Assembly (NCBI RefSeq): GCF_963921235.1
Contig: NC_086108.1
Coordinates: forward strand, 64,916,001-64,980,000
DNA: 64,000 bases
Reading direction: 5' to 3'
Origin: Mobula hypostoma
Lineage: Eukaryota
Position numbers and translations under genes: made by a program. Shown piece by piece: positions 11,771-25,209 of the stretch (position 1 is the first letter of the stretch; each line of letters opens with the position of its first letter). A model generated the notes under the pieces. It searched no databases. It saw only the letters and a program-made list of their open reading frames with translations, and had not been told where the DNA came from.

Positions 11771-12232
11771 TCTCTGGTGTATCAGACAGTTGGAATTTGG
11801 AACAGCAAGTGGCAAAAACATCAGTGGGTGTGGTCAGTAAGCCCCAAATAATAGAAATAAAATGTGAAACAGATAATTAGTGAAACCCATAATGACAGCA
11901 ATATAATAATTGGAGAAGTGTTTCATCTACATATACACCATGCATAACTAAATTAACTCTATTAGTGTGGGGGATAATTTCATGATTATGGTAAGGGATA
12001 CCTTATAGATTAGCGTGATCATGAACCAACCAGGAAACTGGATATTATTAAATGAGAAATTGTTAAACAATGATGTTGTTAAGAGAAAAGTGTCATTATT
12101 ATATGATAGAATAATGTTTAAAAATGACTTAATTCAATATGAAACCATTGTCTTAGATCTAAGCAAAGGAAATTGAAAAAAATAAAGGGCATAAATTAGC
12201 TAAGGTAGATACGGAAACTACACTTAAAGATA

Positions 12233-12843
12233 TGAGGGGTGATTGATAAGTTCGTGGCCTAAGGCAGAAGGAGTCAATTTTAGAAAACCTAGCACATTTA
12301 TTTTTCCCACATTTACACACTTAGTCCAGCGGTCGTGGATCCCTTCTTTGTAGAAGTCGGTGTCTTGGACCTCCACAAGTGGTCCACAGCAGGGGTGATT
12401 GATAAGTTTGTGGCCTAAGGTAGAAGGAGATGAGTTATTAACTTCAAACTTTCTGCATTTTCACTCAAAGCGTTGAACTGCACGTGCATGTAACAAGAGC
12501 TGTATAACTCATCTCTTTCTACCTTAGGCCACGAACTTATCAATCACCCCTGCTGTGGACCACCTGGAGGTCCAAGACACTCTCGTTACATGCACGTGCA
12601 GTTCAACCCTGTTTGATAATGCAGAAAGTTTGACGTTAATAACCCACCTTCTTCTACCTTGGGCCACAAACTTATCAATCACCCCTGCTGTGGACCACTT
12701 TTGCAAAGAAGGGATCCGTATGCTCCATGACCGCTGGACTAAGTGTGTACATTTAGGAGGGGACTATGTTGAAAAATAAATGTGCTAGATTTTCTAAAAT
12801 TGACTCCTTCTACCTTAGGCCACGAACTTATCAATCACCCCGG
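12233..12843. mobile_element. Mariner-derived MITE with five TIR copies
   Basis: TA TSDs at 12231-12232 and 12844-12845. Long TIRs starting (C/T)GAGGGGTGATTGATAAGTTCGTGGCCTAAGG. Carries the mariner transposase C-terminus FCKEGIRMLHDRWTKCVHLGGDYVEK*. Confidence 0.92.
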
Positions 12844-13150
12844 TAAGACAATAAACAAGCCATGACAAACATTAAAAAAATAGTTTTACAACGCAGCTTT
12901 ATTCCTGAAGAGACAAAAACAGCAGTGTCTAACAAGACAGGTTAAAGATAGTATTAAATCAAAGAAAAAGGTACATAAATTTTCTAGAAAGAGCAGTATG
13001 CCTGTGGATTAGGAACATTCAGACAATGTCAAAGAAGGACCCAGACTTTGAAACAGACAGAGAAAGTATGAGTAATCAAGCAAGAAGCACAAAAAAGAAC
13101 CATAACAATTTCCATACATATGTGAAAAAGAAAAATGTTATACAAAGTCA

Positions 13151-15035
13151 TGAGGTTGACAGAGTCATGAAGACATATGAGGTTACTTTGGCAGTCAAGG
13201 TGAAGGATAATCCAAAGAGCTTCTGCAGGCATATTAAGAGCAAAAGGATAGTAAGGGATAAAATTGGTCCTCTTGAAGATCAGAGTGGTTAGCTATGTAT
13301 GGAACCAAAAGAAATGGGGGAGATCTTAAATGGGTTTTTTGCATCTGTATTTACTAAGGAAACTGGCATGGAGTCAATAGAAATAAGGCAAACAAGTAGT
13401 GAGGTCATGGAACCTATACAGATTGAGGAGGATGAGGTGCTTTCTATCTTGAGGCAAATCAGGGTAGATAAATCCCCAGGACCTGACAGGGTATTCCCTC
13501 GGACCTTGAAGGAGACTAGTGTTGAAATTGCAGGGGCCCTGGCAGGTATATTTAAAATGTCCGTATCTATGCGTGAGGTGCCGGAGGATTGGACGATAGC
13601 TCATGTTGTTCCATTGTTTAAAAAAGGCTCTGAAAGTAATCCAGGAAATATAGGCTGGTAAGTTTGACGTTGGTAGTAGCTAAATTATTGGAAGGAGTAC
13701 TAAGAGATAGGATCTACAAGTATTTGGATAGATAGGGACTTATTAGAGAGAGTCAGCATGGCTTTGTGTGTGGTAGGTCATGCTTAACAAATCTATTAGA
13801 GTTTTTCAAGGAGGTTACCAGGAAGGTGGATGACGGGAAGGCAGTGGATGTTGTCTACATGGACTTCAGTAAGGCCTTTGACACTGTCCCTCATGGGAGG
13901 TTAGTTAGAAAGATTCAGTTGCTAGGTATACATGGAGAGGTAGTAAATTGGATTAGACATTGGCTCAATGGAAGAAGCCAGAGAGTGGTAGTGGAGGATT
14001 GCTTCTCTGAGTGGAGGCCTGTGACTAGTGGTGTGCCACAGCGATCAGTGCTGGGTCCATTGTTAATTTTCATCTGTATCAATGATCTGGATGATAATGT
14101 GGTAAGTTGGATCAGCAGATTTGCTGATGATACAAAGATTGGAGGCGTAGTGGACAGTGAGGAAGGTTTTCAAAGATGCAGAGGGATTTGGACCAGCTGG
14201 GAAAATGGACTGAAAAATGGCAGATGGAGTTTAATACAGACAAGTGCGAGGTATTGCACTTTGGAAGGACAAATGAAGGTAGAACGTACAAGGTAAATGG
14301 TAGGGCACTGAGGAGTGCAGTAGAACAGAGGGATCTGGGAATACAGATACAAAATTCCCTAAAAGTGGTGTCACAAGTAGATAGGGTCGTAAAGAGAGCT
14401 TTTGGTACATTGGCCTTTATAAATCAAAGTATCGAGTATAAGAGTTGGAATGTTATGGTGAGATTGTATAAGGCATTGGTGAGGCTGAATTTGGAGTATT
14501 GTGTGCAGTTTTGGTCACCAAATTACAGAAAGGATATTAATAAGGTTGAAAGAGTGCAGAGAAGACTTACAAGGGTGTTGCCGGGACTTGAGAAACTCAG
14601 TTACAGAGAAAGGTTGACTAGGTTAGGACTTTATTCCTTGGAACGTAGAAGAGTGAGGGGAGATTTGATAGAGGTATATAAAATTATGATGGCTATAGAT
14701 AGAGTGAATGCAAGCAGGTTTTTTCCACTGAGGCTAGGGGAGAAAAAAACCAGAGGACATGGGTTAAGGGTGAAGGGGGAAAAGTTTAAAGGGAACATTG
14801 GGGGAGGGGCTTCTTCACACAGAGAGTGGTGGGAGTGTGGAATGAGCTGCCAGATAAAGTGGTAAATGCGGGCTCACTTTTAACATTTAAGAAAAACTTG
14901 GACAGGTCCATGGATGGGAGGTGTATGGAAGGATATGGTCCAGGTGCAGGTCAGTGGAACTAGACAGAAAAATGGTTCGGCACAGCCAAGAAGGGCCAAA
15001 AGGCCTGTTTCTGTGCTGTAATGTTCGATGGTTCT
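13151..15035 (+). mobile_element. CR1 LINE, 5'-truncated, full RT region with frameshifts
   Basis: ORFs 13299-13661, 13766-14296 and 14176-14865 (KSPGPD, YMDFSKAFD, FADDTK, LEYCVQFWSP). Tail ATGTTCGATGGTTCT. TSD AAAGTCA at 13144-13150 and 15036-15042. Confidence 0.95.
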
Positions 15036-15123
15036 AAAGTCAAACTGGGTACCTTACATATTGAGAGAGAAATTATATTAAGGAATAAAAATGTGACTGA
15101 GAAAAACAAAAAAATGTATCTCA

Positions 15124-15795
15124 CTTCAGTTCAGTTTTCGTTTATTGTCATTTAGAAATAGATGTATTAAAAATGATGCAATGTTCCTCCACAATGATAT
15201 CACAAAAAAAACACAGGACAAACCAAGACTAAAACTTACAAAACCACATAATTATAATATATAGTTACAACAATGCAAAGCAATACCATAATTTGATACG
15301 GAGCAGACCATGGGCACGGTAAAGAACGTCACAAAGTCTCGATAGCCTCATCATCTCGCGCAGGCAGTAGAAAGGAGAGACTCTCCCTGCCATGAACCTC
15401 CAAGCGCTGAAAACTTACCGATGCAGCACCATTAGAAGCACCCGACCGCGGCGGACTCTGAGTCCGTCCAAAAACTTCGAGCCTCCGACTAGCCCCTCCG
15501 ACACAGCCTCTCCGAGCACCATCCTCTGCTGAGTGCTTCGACCCCGGCCCCGGCCGCCAAGCAACAAGCAAAGTCGAGGACTCGGGGCTTTCCCCTCTGG
15601 AGATTCTGGATCACACAGTAGCCGCAGCAGCGAAGCAGGCATTTCAGAAGTTTCACCAGATGTTCCTCCGTGCTTTCACGTCCGTCTCCATCAAATCAGG
15701 ATTGTGCATGGCACCCTACTTGACAAATAACAGACATCACCACTGGAGTGCCTGCAGCGAGCTGCGTCGCACCGCCATCTTCTCCTCCCTCCTTC
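15124..15795 (-). mobile_element. Non-autonomous Rex1/Babar-like retroelement (GC-rich 5' UTR plus 3' tail)
   Basis: Element strand starts GGAGGAGAAGATGGCGGTGCGACG, has a CpG-rich body, and ends TGACAATAAACGAAAACTGAACTGAA. No RT ORF. Confidence 0.6.
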
Positions 15796-15804
15796 CCTCA
15801 AGAT

Positions 15805-16570
15805 CAAACTTGAAGGCAAGAGTACAAGGTCTGTGGTAGGATTTTTAGCAATGTGGAAGAGTAGAAGGATCTTGGGGGCCAAGTCCAAAGATCTCTCAAA
15901 GTTACCACGCAAGTTAATACGGTGGTTAAGAAGACATATAGTGTGCTGGCCTTCATTAGTTGGGGAATGAGGTTATGAGGTTATATTGCAGCTCTACAAG
16001 ACTCTGGTTGGATCACACATAGAATACTGTGTTCAGTCCTGGTCAGCTCATTATAGGAAGGGCATAGAAGCTTTAGAGAGGGTGCAGAGGAGATTTACCG
16101 GGATGCTGCCTAGATTAGAGCACACATCTTCTGAAGAAAAGTTGAATAAGTTATGGTTTTTCTCTTTGGAGTGAAGGAGGATCGGAAGCAACTTGATAGA
16201 GGTGTATAAGAATATGAGAGATACAGATTGAGTGGACAACCAGCGTCTTTTTCCCCGGGTGCCAATGGCCAATACCAGAGGGCAGCCGTTTAAGGTAAGT
16301 GGAGGAAAGATACGGTAGATGTCAGAGACAGGTTTTTATTTTATACAGAGGGTGATAGGTGTCTGGAATATTCTGCTGATAGTGATGGCAAAGGCTGATA
16401 CAACAGAGACATTTAAAAGACTTAGACTGGCACAAATATATAAACAAAATGGAGGGTTGTTGCCTTTTTAGGAGGGAAAAGGTTAGATTGATAGTGGAAC
16501 ATGTTTATACAGGTCAGGATGACATTGTGGGCCAAGGGCCCATACTGTGCTGTACTGTTCAATGTACTCT
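15805..16570 (+). mobile_element. CR1 3' fragment
   Basis: LYKTLVGSHIEYCVQSWS...LERVQRRFTGMLP peptide and a CR1 3' UTR (TACTGTGCTGTACTGTTC). Confidence 0.9.
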
Positions 16571-16589
16571 TTTGAGATTGTAGCATGCG

Positions 16590-18585
16590 GCATGGATAGG
16601 TTGCAGGATCTAACAGGTGTAATATACTTAGATATAGAAGGACTTTGCTAAGACACTACAAAAGAGGTTACTAAACAAAATTAGAACAGATAGGATTGAG
16701 GATTTGGCAAGGAACAGTAACAAATTGGAATGAGGAAGTTGCTTTCTGGATTGGGTGGCGGCTGGGTTGGGGTGCTGTGCCTAGCCGTTCACAATTCATA
16801 TCAATTTCTTCGATGAGGAAATTAAGTGTACTTTGTCCAAGTCTCCTGATGTGACAAAGCTGTGTGGTTGGGTTAATGATGCAAAGAGGCTTTGGAGAAA
16901 TTGAGACAGGCTAAGTGAAATGACATTGAGATGGTAGAAAGGGTGTAGAACAGTGTAGCAAAAGAACAGTCCTTTACGCCCTCAATAGACATACAGTATA
17001 TTGACCATGATGCCAAATTTGATTAATCTCTCCTGCCTGCATATGATCTCCATCCCTCCATTTCCTGCACTTCATGTGCCTGCCTAAATTCTTCCTAAAA
17101 ATAACTGTCACATCTGCTCCTACCCCACTCCAGCATGTACTCAATTAACTTGGAAGGCAAAGGCTTTGTTAGGGTTTATGTAAAGACAGTTTGAATACAA
17201 AGGTAAAGAAGTTGTACTGCAATTATAAAGGACACTAGTGATACTGTGTACGGGTCTTGTCTTGACATCTTAGGAAAGGCAGACTTGTGATTAAGGATAT
17301 GCAGTGACTGTTCACCTTACTAATTCCTTGGACGTTGGCCTATGCAAGAGGTTAAGCCCCTCACACTTTCTAGAATCTAAAAGCTAAACATGACTTCCAC
17401 ACACGCAGAGAGCAATGAATCTTAGTAATTTCTACCCTTGAAGGCACAGTTGCTGAATAATTCAAGAAATACATAAATAGATCTTTGGATGTAAACAAAA
17501 TTAAGGAACATGGTATTATTGAACGAGAGATGTGCTGACCTTGTTTTGGGCCAGAGCAGTTGCTGGAGGTAGAATTATCCACTCTTGCTTCCATCTCATG
17601 TTCAGTCAATCAGTCCTTTTCACCCAGCCACCTCATAGAGATGCTAATGCCCTTAGATTCACACAGCCTTTTCTCTCAGAACCAAGCTTCGGTACAATAG
17701 AAACTCCAATTCCTTCGTTGCCCTGCTCCAGCAGTGCCCAATAAACTTATAGCTTTGACTACTCCCATCCATAAACTGGTTCATGATTGTCTGATGTACA
17801 TCCCCTTAGGCTCAAATTAATTTTCAATTGGTGACACAGTGATTAAAATGGCCATTGCTACCCCTCCCCTCCCCTCCCATGAAGTTTATCCAATAGATTG
17901 TACTAGAACTTCTTGTCTCGTACTCCTGGGGGTTCCTACTGACTGCAAATATGGGGGACAATGCAATCTTCCCTTTCATCATGCTTATAGATTTCCACCA
18001 TTTTGATATGTGTGAGAACCTCCACCTCTCCTTCAAGAATTATTATATTCTGGAATGGTTTTGGAGGACTGGAAAATCATAAATGTCATTCTACTTTTAA
18101 GGTACGAGGGAGGCAAAGGCTGCAAATTGTAGGCCAGTTTGTCTGACTTTACAGGTTGGTAAGTAAGATCCTAGGAGTAGAAGAGTTACTGTATGAGTAG
18201 CGTTTGATTTCTTTGGGTCTGCACTCGGTGGAGTTTAGAAGAATGAGGGAGGAATCTCATTGAAAGCTGCAGGATATTGAAAGACCTGCATAGAGTGGAC
18301 ACAAAGAGGATGTTTTCAATAGTGGGAGAATTTAGGACCAGAGGGCACAGACTCAGAATAAAACAAGGTCGCTTTATAACAGGGAGGAGGAAGAATTTCT
18401 TTAACTGAAATCTGTGGAATTCATCCCATACAAAGCTGTGGAGGCTGCCATTGGGTATATTTAAAGTAGAGGTTGTAAGGTTCTTGATAAATAAGGACGT
18501 CAGATATTTAGGGGAGAAAGCAGGAAAATGGTGGAGCACACTCAATGGGCAGGATGGCTTAATTCTGCTCCTATATCTTATGGTC
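16590..18585 (+). mobile_element. Cluster of highly decayed CR1 fragments (includes a minus-strand CR1 tail near 16945-17130)
   Basis: Patchy similarity to CR1 RT and 3' UTR, clearest at 18045-18585 (GIFKVEVVRFLINK, CTGCTCCTATATCTTATGGTC). Confidence 0.6.
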
Positions 18586-20214
18586 ATCTGCTTTGCAAGC
18601 ACTCCCAACCACATTGTACCTAAAATATTCATTTACTCTTGATTACTTGCATGCAGTATCGAGGGAGAACAGCTAGTTTCCAATTATATTAATGGATGAC
18701 TTTATTGAACAATGAGGAGGTTATCTATTTGAGTGTATAGCATGGGTGCTTTTCAGTGACTTTGCATCAAGCTTTGATTTTGCAATGTATCCTCATTCTA
18801 CTGAAAACTTGCTCAATCAATAACCTATTAGACTTGCACAGAAATCTCCATGAAGTTGGTGGATTATTGTGTTTGTAAATGGAACTCAAGATAATTGTCT
18901 GGTCAATAAGTACCAGTAATTTTAGAAATGAGTTGCACACAATCTTATTCAGGCTAGAAATTGATCTTGTACTGCAGAGAAGGCATAACAGAATGGATAA
19001 ATGGCAGCATCTCTCAATAAATCAAGAAAGTACTCTGTGGGAAACTTATTTAGATTTTAGGATCTATGTTCCCTGCTATAAGAATAATAGAGTTTGGGTG
19101 CTCATAAGGTGCAAAATAGCAACAGATAACCTTGTAATATTAATGAATACGTTTTATTTTGCTTTCCCTACAACATATCTACCAATTTGAACACTATCAA
19201 TTTTCATCCCCCTTTATTTTAAAGTATTGATACTCACTCATGGGTGATTACACATGCACTATCTGCACTGCTCAATTGACCATGTTTTATGTTTAAGCCC
19301 AATTAGTAATTCTAAAAGTCTAAATTAGGACAAAGAATATTTCCATCAGGGTCACTCCTGATGTTCAGATGTGTGCATGATAATTCCAAGTCCTTCCCTA
19401 ACAAAGTGTTCCCTAATACATCTGGTTCAGGGATGCTGAGACCTCACTGAATTTGATCACCTAATTCAGCACTAATCAGAAATTTGTTTTAATATATTTG
19501 CCTTCAATAGCAGCTTCAGGGTCTTTTAGTTATAGTGCATGGATTCAATTAACTGAGTATTTCCATAATTGATGCATCCAGCATGTGTTATTTGTTGGTT
19601 AAAATTAACCAAATGTGACTTCATATTGGCTCTTTATTTGGAGTGGACCAGGGATTACAATATAAGGAACCTGAAAGTTTTTCAAATTGTTGCAGGGAAA
19701 GCAAAGTGAAACTTATAGTAGTTGTTACATTATTGTAACTATGGAGCTTAAACTTTGAAGCCAAAAACTACAAAAGGAAGAACACTTAAATAACTTGGCA
19801 ATTTTGACAAAGGAGTCATAACTTAGAACATTAATGCTTTCTCTCTTTCCACAGAAGCTGACTCATGTGCTGATGTTTCCAATGTTTCCTGTTTTTATTT
19901 CTAAATTATGGAAATGAAGTTTGAATTCTACTGTCTCAAAAGACAGTAAGAGTAGGTTACGGATTTAAAAAATCTTGATTTTGATACAGTCAGAACCCTT
20001 TTTTTTGTGTAGAGAACAGTGCTGGAAAATAGTGTTCTGGTAAGGATGAGCCATTACTTGATGAATGGTGCAATGGACTCGAAAATTTGTATGAGTTCGT
20101 CCTATTTCTTATGAGGCCATGAAGGACTCTTGAACCTGCTCAATGAAATCAGTAATATCACCACCACTTCATTGCATTAACCTAACACCCTTGGGACATG
20201 ATGCCATGACAACA

Positions 20215-20990
20215 ACCTTTCCCGCAATGTCAGCAAAAGAGCTGGTTATTGAAATTAGGAAGGGGTAATGCTCCCATTTCCATCAATAGTGCTGAGGTCA
20301 AGAGGATTGAGAGCTTCAAGTTCCTAAGAGCGAATGACACCAAAGCCTCTCCTGGTCTAACCACGTTGATAGCATAGCCAAGCAGGCTCACCAGCATCTC
20401 TTCTTCAGGAAACTAAAGAAATTTGATATATCATCTTCAACACTCACCAACCTTTACTGATGCACCATAGAAAGAATCCTATCTAAATGCATCATGGCTT
20501 GGTAAGGCAACTGCTCTGCCTTTCACAGCAGAGAGTTGTGGACACAGCTCAGCACATCACAGAAATCATCCTCCCCTCCATGCGTTCTGTCTACACTTCT
20601 CACTGCCTCACAAAAGCAGCCAGCATAATTGAAGTTCCCACTGACCTCAAACATACTCTCTTCCCCAGCCCACCCCTAACCCCTTTGGGCATAAGATACA
20701 AAAGCTTGAAGCACATACCAGCAGGTTCCAGGACAGCTTCTATCCTGCTATTGTAAAGCTATTTAATGGTTGCCTTATACAATAAGAATGTATTCTAGAA
20801 CTCACATTCTATCTCCATGTAACCTTGCACCTTGTGTTTATCTGCATTGCACTTTCTCTGTAACAGTAATGCTTTATTCTGAACTCTGTTATCCTTGCAG
20901 TATCTCAATGCACTATTGAAATAAATTGATCTGTAAGGACAGCATGCAATACAGATTTTTCACTGTACCTTGATACATATAACAATAAAT
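20215..20990 (+). mobile_element. Rex1/Babar-like LINE 3' fragment
   Basis: Degenerate KELVIE, FKFL, TIERILS and QRVVDTAQHIT...LTKAASII motifs, ending ACAATAAA. Confidence 0.8.
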
Positions 20991-21004
20991 TAATTTACCA
21001 ATTT

Positions 21005-21860
21005 ATCTCTCAATTCCCTTAATGTCTAAAAAATTATCACTCTCTTTCTTGCCTATATTTTACAACTGAGCTTTTGTAGCCCTCTTGGCTGGTGATTTCC
21101 AAATATTCATCAATCTGTGGATGGAGAAATTTCTTATCTCTGCCCTGAATGATTGACCACTTATTATGGAGATCTGCCTCGAGTTCTAGACACCACAGCA
21201 AAGAAAAAATAACTACCCTGTTAAAGCTTGTCTTAATTTAGATAATCTCTTATTTTTCTAAGCTGTGATTTAAAAATTCATGCCTGATTTTGAACTCCCT
21301 ACCTTGCACTACACTCCCCCCAATAAAGTGGCCATCTCTTTACACCCTTAGTCCTGATGCAGGATCTGAACCAAAAAGGCTGACTATTTCTTTGCCTTCA
21401 CAAATGCTACCTGACCTGCTGAGTTCCTCCAGCAGCTTGTTTTTTTTTTAGTTTCAACTCACCGCGATAGTCCAGCCATCCCAGGAATCAATCTGATGAA
21501 ACTTGACTCCATTCTCAATCACACATCTCATTTTCAGATGGGGAAACCAATCCTGTGTGCAATATTTTATCTGAGCACTCATCAAAAAACTCTATAATAT
21601 GAGCAAGTTGTCTCTGTTGTTATACTCAAATCCTCTCTGAGAAAAGCCAATATATATTTTTAATACTTAATTCTTTGCTCTACCTGGCTGCTAAATTTCA
21701 GTGATGTGTACAACGACTTCAGGTCCCTCTGAGAATCAAAACCCTTCAAACTGGTATCTTTTAAAAATACACTGGATTTCTTTTCTATATTCAAATAGAT
21801 AATTTCACATTCTTCAGTAGTATTTTTCTTTGCCCTTTTTTTTTTGTCCATCAGATGTAC
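21005..21860 (-). mobile_element. Decayed CR1 containing a + strand Penelope pseudo-LTR remnant (about 21345-21440)
   Basis: CR1-like antisense sequence. The remnant reads GTCCTGATGCAGG...CTGACCTGCTGAGTTCCTCCAGCA, with a damaged hammerhead core. Confidence 0.55.
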
Positions 21861-22480
21861 TCACTGCAGAGTCTAAAATCTTGTTCACTGTAAGCCTACT
21901 TAAAGAGATATAGTGAAACAGGACAAAATTGATTGATCTTTGCAATATTTCTAAGAGCGTCAGCTTCCTTGTGTTCTATAATTTAAAGCCTCTGTATACA
22001 AGACTTGGCAAAAAAATCCAGGTCCGAAAAGGTTAAATTTGCAAACCAAACTAATCCTGTCAATTTTAATTAGTATACATTTATTTTATGGTAGAAAAGT
22101 GGCCATTTATCAAATATTTTATGGCTTTAACACCTGAGGAGAAAATGTGTGAAGCCACAGAAGGTCATTCTTGAAGCAGTCTACTTCCTAAAGATTGCTT
22201 TTCATTCTTTTTTTTCTGCATTGCAAGGAATTTTATATGAACAGCTGCAGGGAACAGTTTTGTTTTTGTCACCCTTTGATACCTAATTGAGAAACTGTTA
22301 GACAAAGCAACCCCTGCAGAATTCAAGATTTTCTTCAAAACACTTAGGCTTTTTAATGATTCTTGACATGCCATCGTAATTGTACAACATCTTGATGTTC
22401 TTAGATACAAAGTCAGGCTTTACCAAAAAATTCCACAAGTTGAATAGGTTCATATCTGGTACGAGGTGAACAACGTAAAA

Positions 22481-23270
22481 TGAATCTGAATCAAAATCAG
22501 GTTTAATGTCACTGGCATATGTCGTGAAATTTGTTGTTATGTGGCAGAAGTACATTGCAATACATAATAAAAACAGTGAATTACAGTAGAAAGTATATAT
22601 ATATATTTATATATATAAAAAGTTAAATTAAATAAGTAGTGCAAAAAAAGTAGTGAGGTGATGTTCATGGGTTCAATATCCATTCAGAAATCTGATGGCA
22701 GAGGGGAAGAAGCTATTCTTGAATCATTGAGTGTGTGCCTTCTGGCTCCTGTACTTCCTCCCTGACAGTAGCAATGAGAAGAGGATGTGTCCTGGATGAT
22801 GGGGCTTCTTAATGATACATGCCACCTTTTTGAGGCATTGCTCCTTGAAGACGTCCAGGATGTTGGGGAGGTTAGTGCCCATGATGGAGCTGACTGAGTT
22901 TATAACTTGCTGCAGCTTATTTCAATCATGTACAGTGAACCCTCCTCACCAGATGGTGATGGAGCCAGGTAGAATGCTTTTCATGGTACACTTATAGAAA
23001 TTTATGAATATCTTTGCTGACATATCAAATCTCCTTAAACTCCTCAGGAAATATAGCCACTGTTGTGCTTTCTTTGTAACTGCATCAATATGTTGGGCCC
23101 AGGATAGATCCTCTGAGATGTTAACACCCAGGTACTTGAAAATGCTCACCCTTTCCACATTTGATCCATCAGTGAGGACCAGTGTGTGTCCCCTCGTCTT
23201 ACCCTTTCTGAAGTCCACAATCAATTCTTTGGTCTGCTGCAGCACCACTCAACCAGCTGATCTATCTTGC
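22481..23270 (-). mobile_element. Rex1/Babar-like LINE 3' fragment
   Basis: ORF 22946-23248 (TKELIVDFRK...FKYLGVNISEDLSW..HIDAVTKKAQQWLYFLRSLRRF). Degenerate GATTCA/GATTTT tail at 22481-22500. Confidence 0.9.
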
Positions 23271-24319
23271 TCACATACACCAGTTAAAATGAGATATTTG
23301 CATAAAGTAAAAGAGGAAAGGTCTAAGAATGAATTATGCAATGCCTTATATCCTTTTCCTTTGAGTGAGAAACTTAAGGGCCACAAATGAGGCTTGGTTG
23401 TAAAATGCCTGGTGCCTTTCGAGCATCATGGGTGAATGAGCAGCCTTCACAGAGTGGGTTGGATGGGAGGCTGCATATTAGTGTATCGCTATTTGTGTAA
23501 GTGGATAGGAACAATGGCTTTGATCTTGAAATGCAAAAGGAAGCATGATTATGTTCTAAGATATTTGTTTTTGAAAAAATAGAGCAATGGTTTAACAGTT
23601 TTCCAAGCTAATGTTATGAAGTCATTTCCCTATTATTAATCTGCAGCAAAATTTATTTGCCACATATATGGTAGATTATCAAGACCAAGATAAAGTTGGC
23701 CTATTTCCAGTAAACTAAATGTATCAGATTGCTCTGATCACTACTTTCAATTATTACCCAGGCCTCAACAGCATTTTCTGATATTAGAATACTACAGTAT
23801 TAAGTAAGCTTTGAAACCAGATAAGGATTTTGACACATTTCAACAAAACATCTGCACAACAACCAAAGTTTGTGCAATCATATTTGCCAGATTAATATTT
23901 TCTTCCAGTTGATTATAATGAAGAAGAAAGTATTGACAAAGATACCACTTTTCCATTATGTGCGATGCTTGGTATACTACATTAACTATTGTGTGAACTA
24001 CACAACATACCTATGAATTGCAGTATAAGGTTAATAACTAGCACATTCTAGTGATTTGATAGCAACTTTTGCAATAAAATTACAATTAGGTTATACACTG
24101 TCCAGTGTGATGTTGAGTGCCTGTTCCTAACCTGTTTTAAATGTAGTTCTGAGGCTAAACTTTAAAAGATTAATAAAACTCTGATTTTATCATACCGAAA
24201 TGGTGTGTTTAAAAGTATCCCATTTCTGGATTGACATCAGTTTCTAAATAACATCAGCCAAGTCAGGTTACCATAGCAGCTTCATGATGTCAACCAAATG
24301 CATGGTATTTTTATTTTAT

Positions 24320-24530
24320 TTAGAGACACAGATGGCAACAGGCCCCTCTGATCTTTCTACACTGACCAGTTACACCCAAGTGACCAATTAACTACTAATC
24401 TTTATGACTTTGGAATGTGGGAGGAAACCGGAGCCCGCAGAGGAAAGCTGCTCATTCACAGGGAGAACGTACAAAAGCCTTACAGACAGCATTGGGAATC
24501 ATTGGCACTGTAAAATATCATACTACTGTG
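24320..24530 (-). mobile_element. HE1-like V-SINE fragment
   Basis: TTGGAATGTGGGAGGAAACCGGAGC...CACAGGGAGAACGTACAAA is the reverse complement of the V-SINE central domain. Confidence 0.75.
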
Positions 24531-25011
24531 CCTTCCGAATACAATAAAGGAAACTTTAATTATATGGCATATCTTTATCATGTTTCAAATGTATTCACAA
24601 ATATTGTTCATCTTGCAGCTTTTTTTACTCTAAGTTCTGTTAACAGGGAGAATTTAAATTTAAAACAAAATGCTGAATGTCTCTAAAAGCAGAGGGCCTT
24701 GCTATTCAAGCTTAAAGAGGCAATTGATAGCACCTTAACATTAGGCTTTAGAGATTGCAGCTTTGATTGATTTTCTTAGAAGTCAGTGGGGCTGAGATGT
24801 GGCCATTTTTTAGTGCCTTATTGCATATATACTGCATCAGCGTTCTCGCTGAAAGGTGTCTAAATTGTTATAGGTACAATCTCAGGTCACATTCTACACT
24901 AATCAGTCATGCCATTTCCAACAATTGCCTCACATTTAGAGTACATTATGCATTTTTTCATTAAAAGATTGCCTAGCACAAATTAGAAAAAATGAGCTGA
25001 CGGCAATCTAA

Positions 25012-25209
<198 letters not shown>

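Larger units (their letters stand above)
11815..15110 (+). mobile_element. Very old CR1 (endonuclease-to-linker region) split by a mariner MITE and a younger CR1
   Basis: Degenerate CR1-like sequence at 11815-12230 and 12846-13150, resuming at 15043-15110. Confidence 0.55.

Noticed and set aside
12233..12843. Spaced 40-bp repeats as a CRISPR-like array
   Set aside because: The repeats occur in both orientations, are mariner TIR copies bounded by TA, and the DNA is vertebrate.
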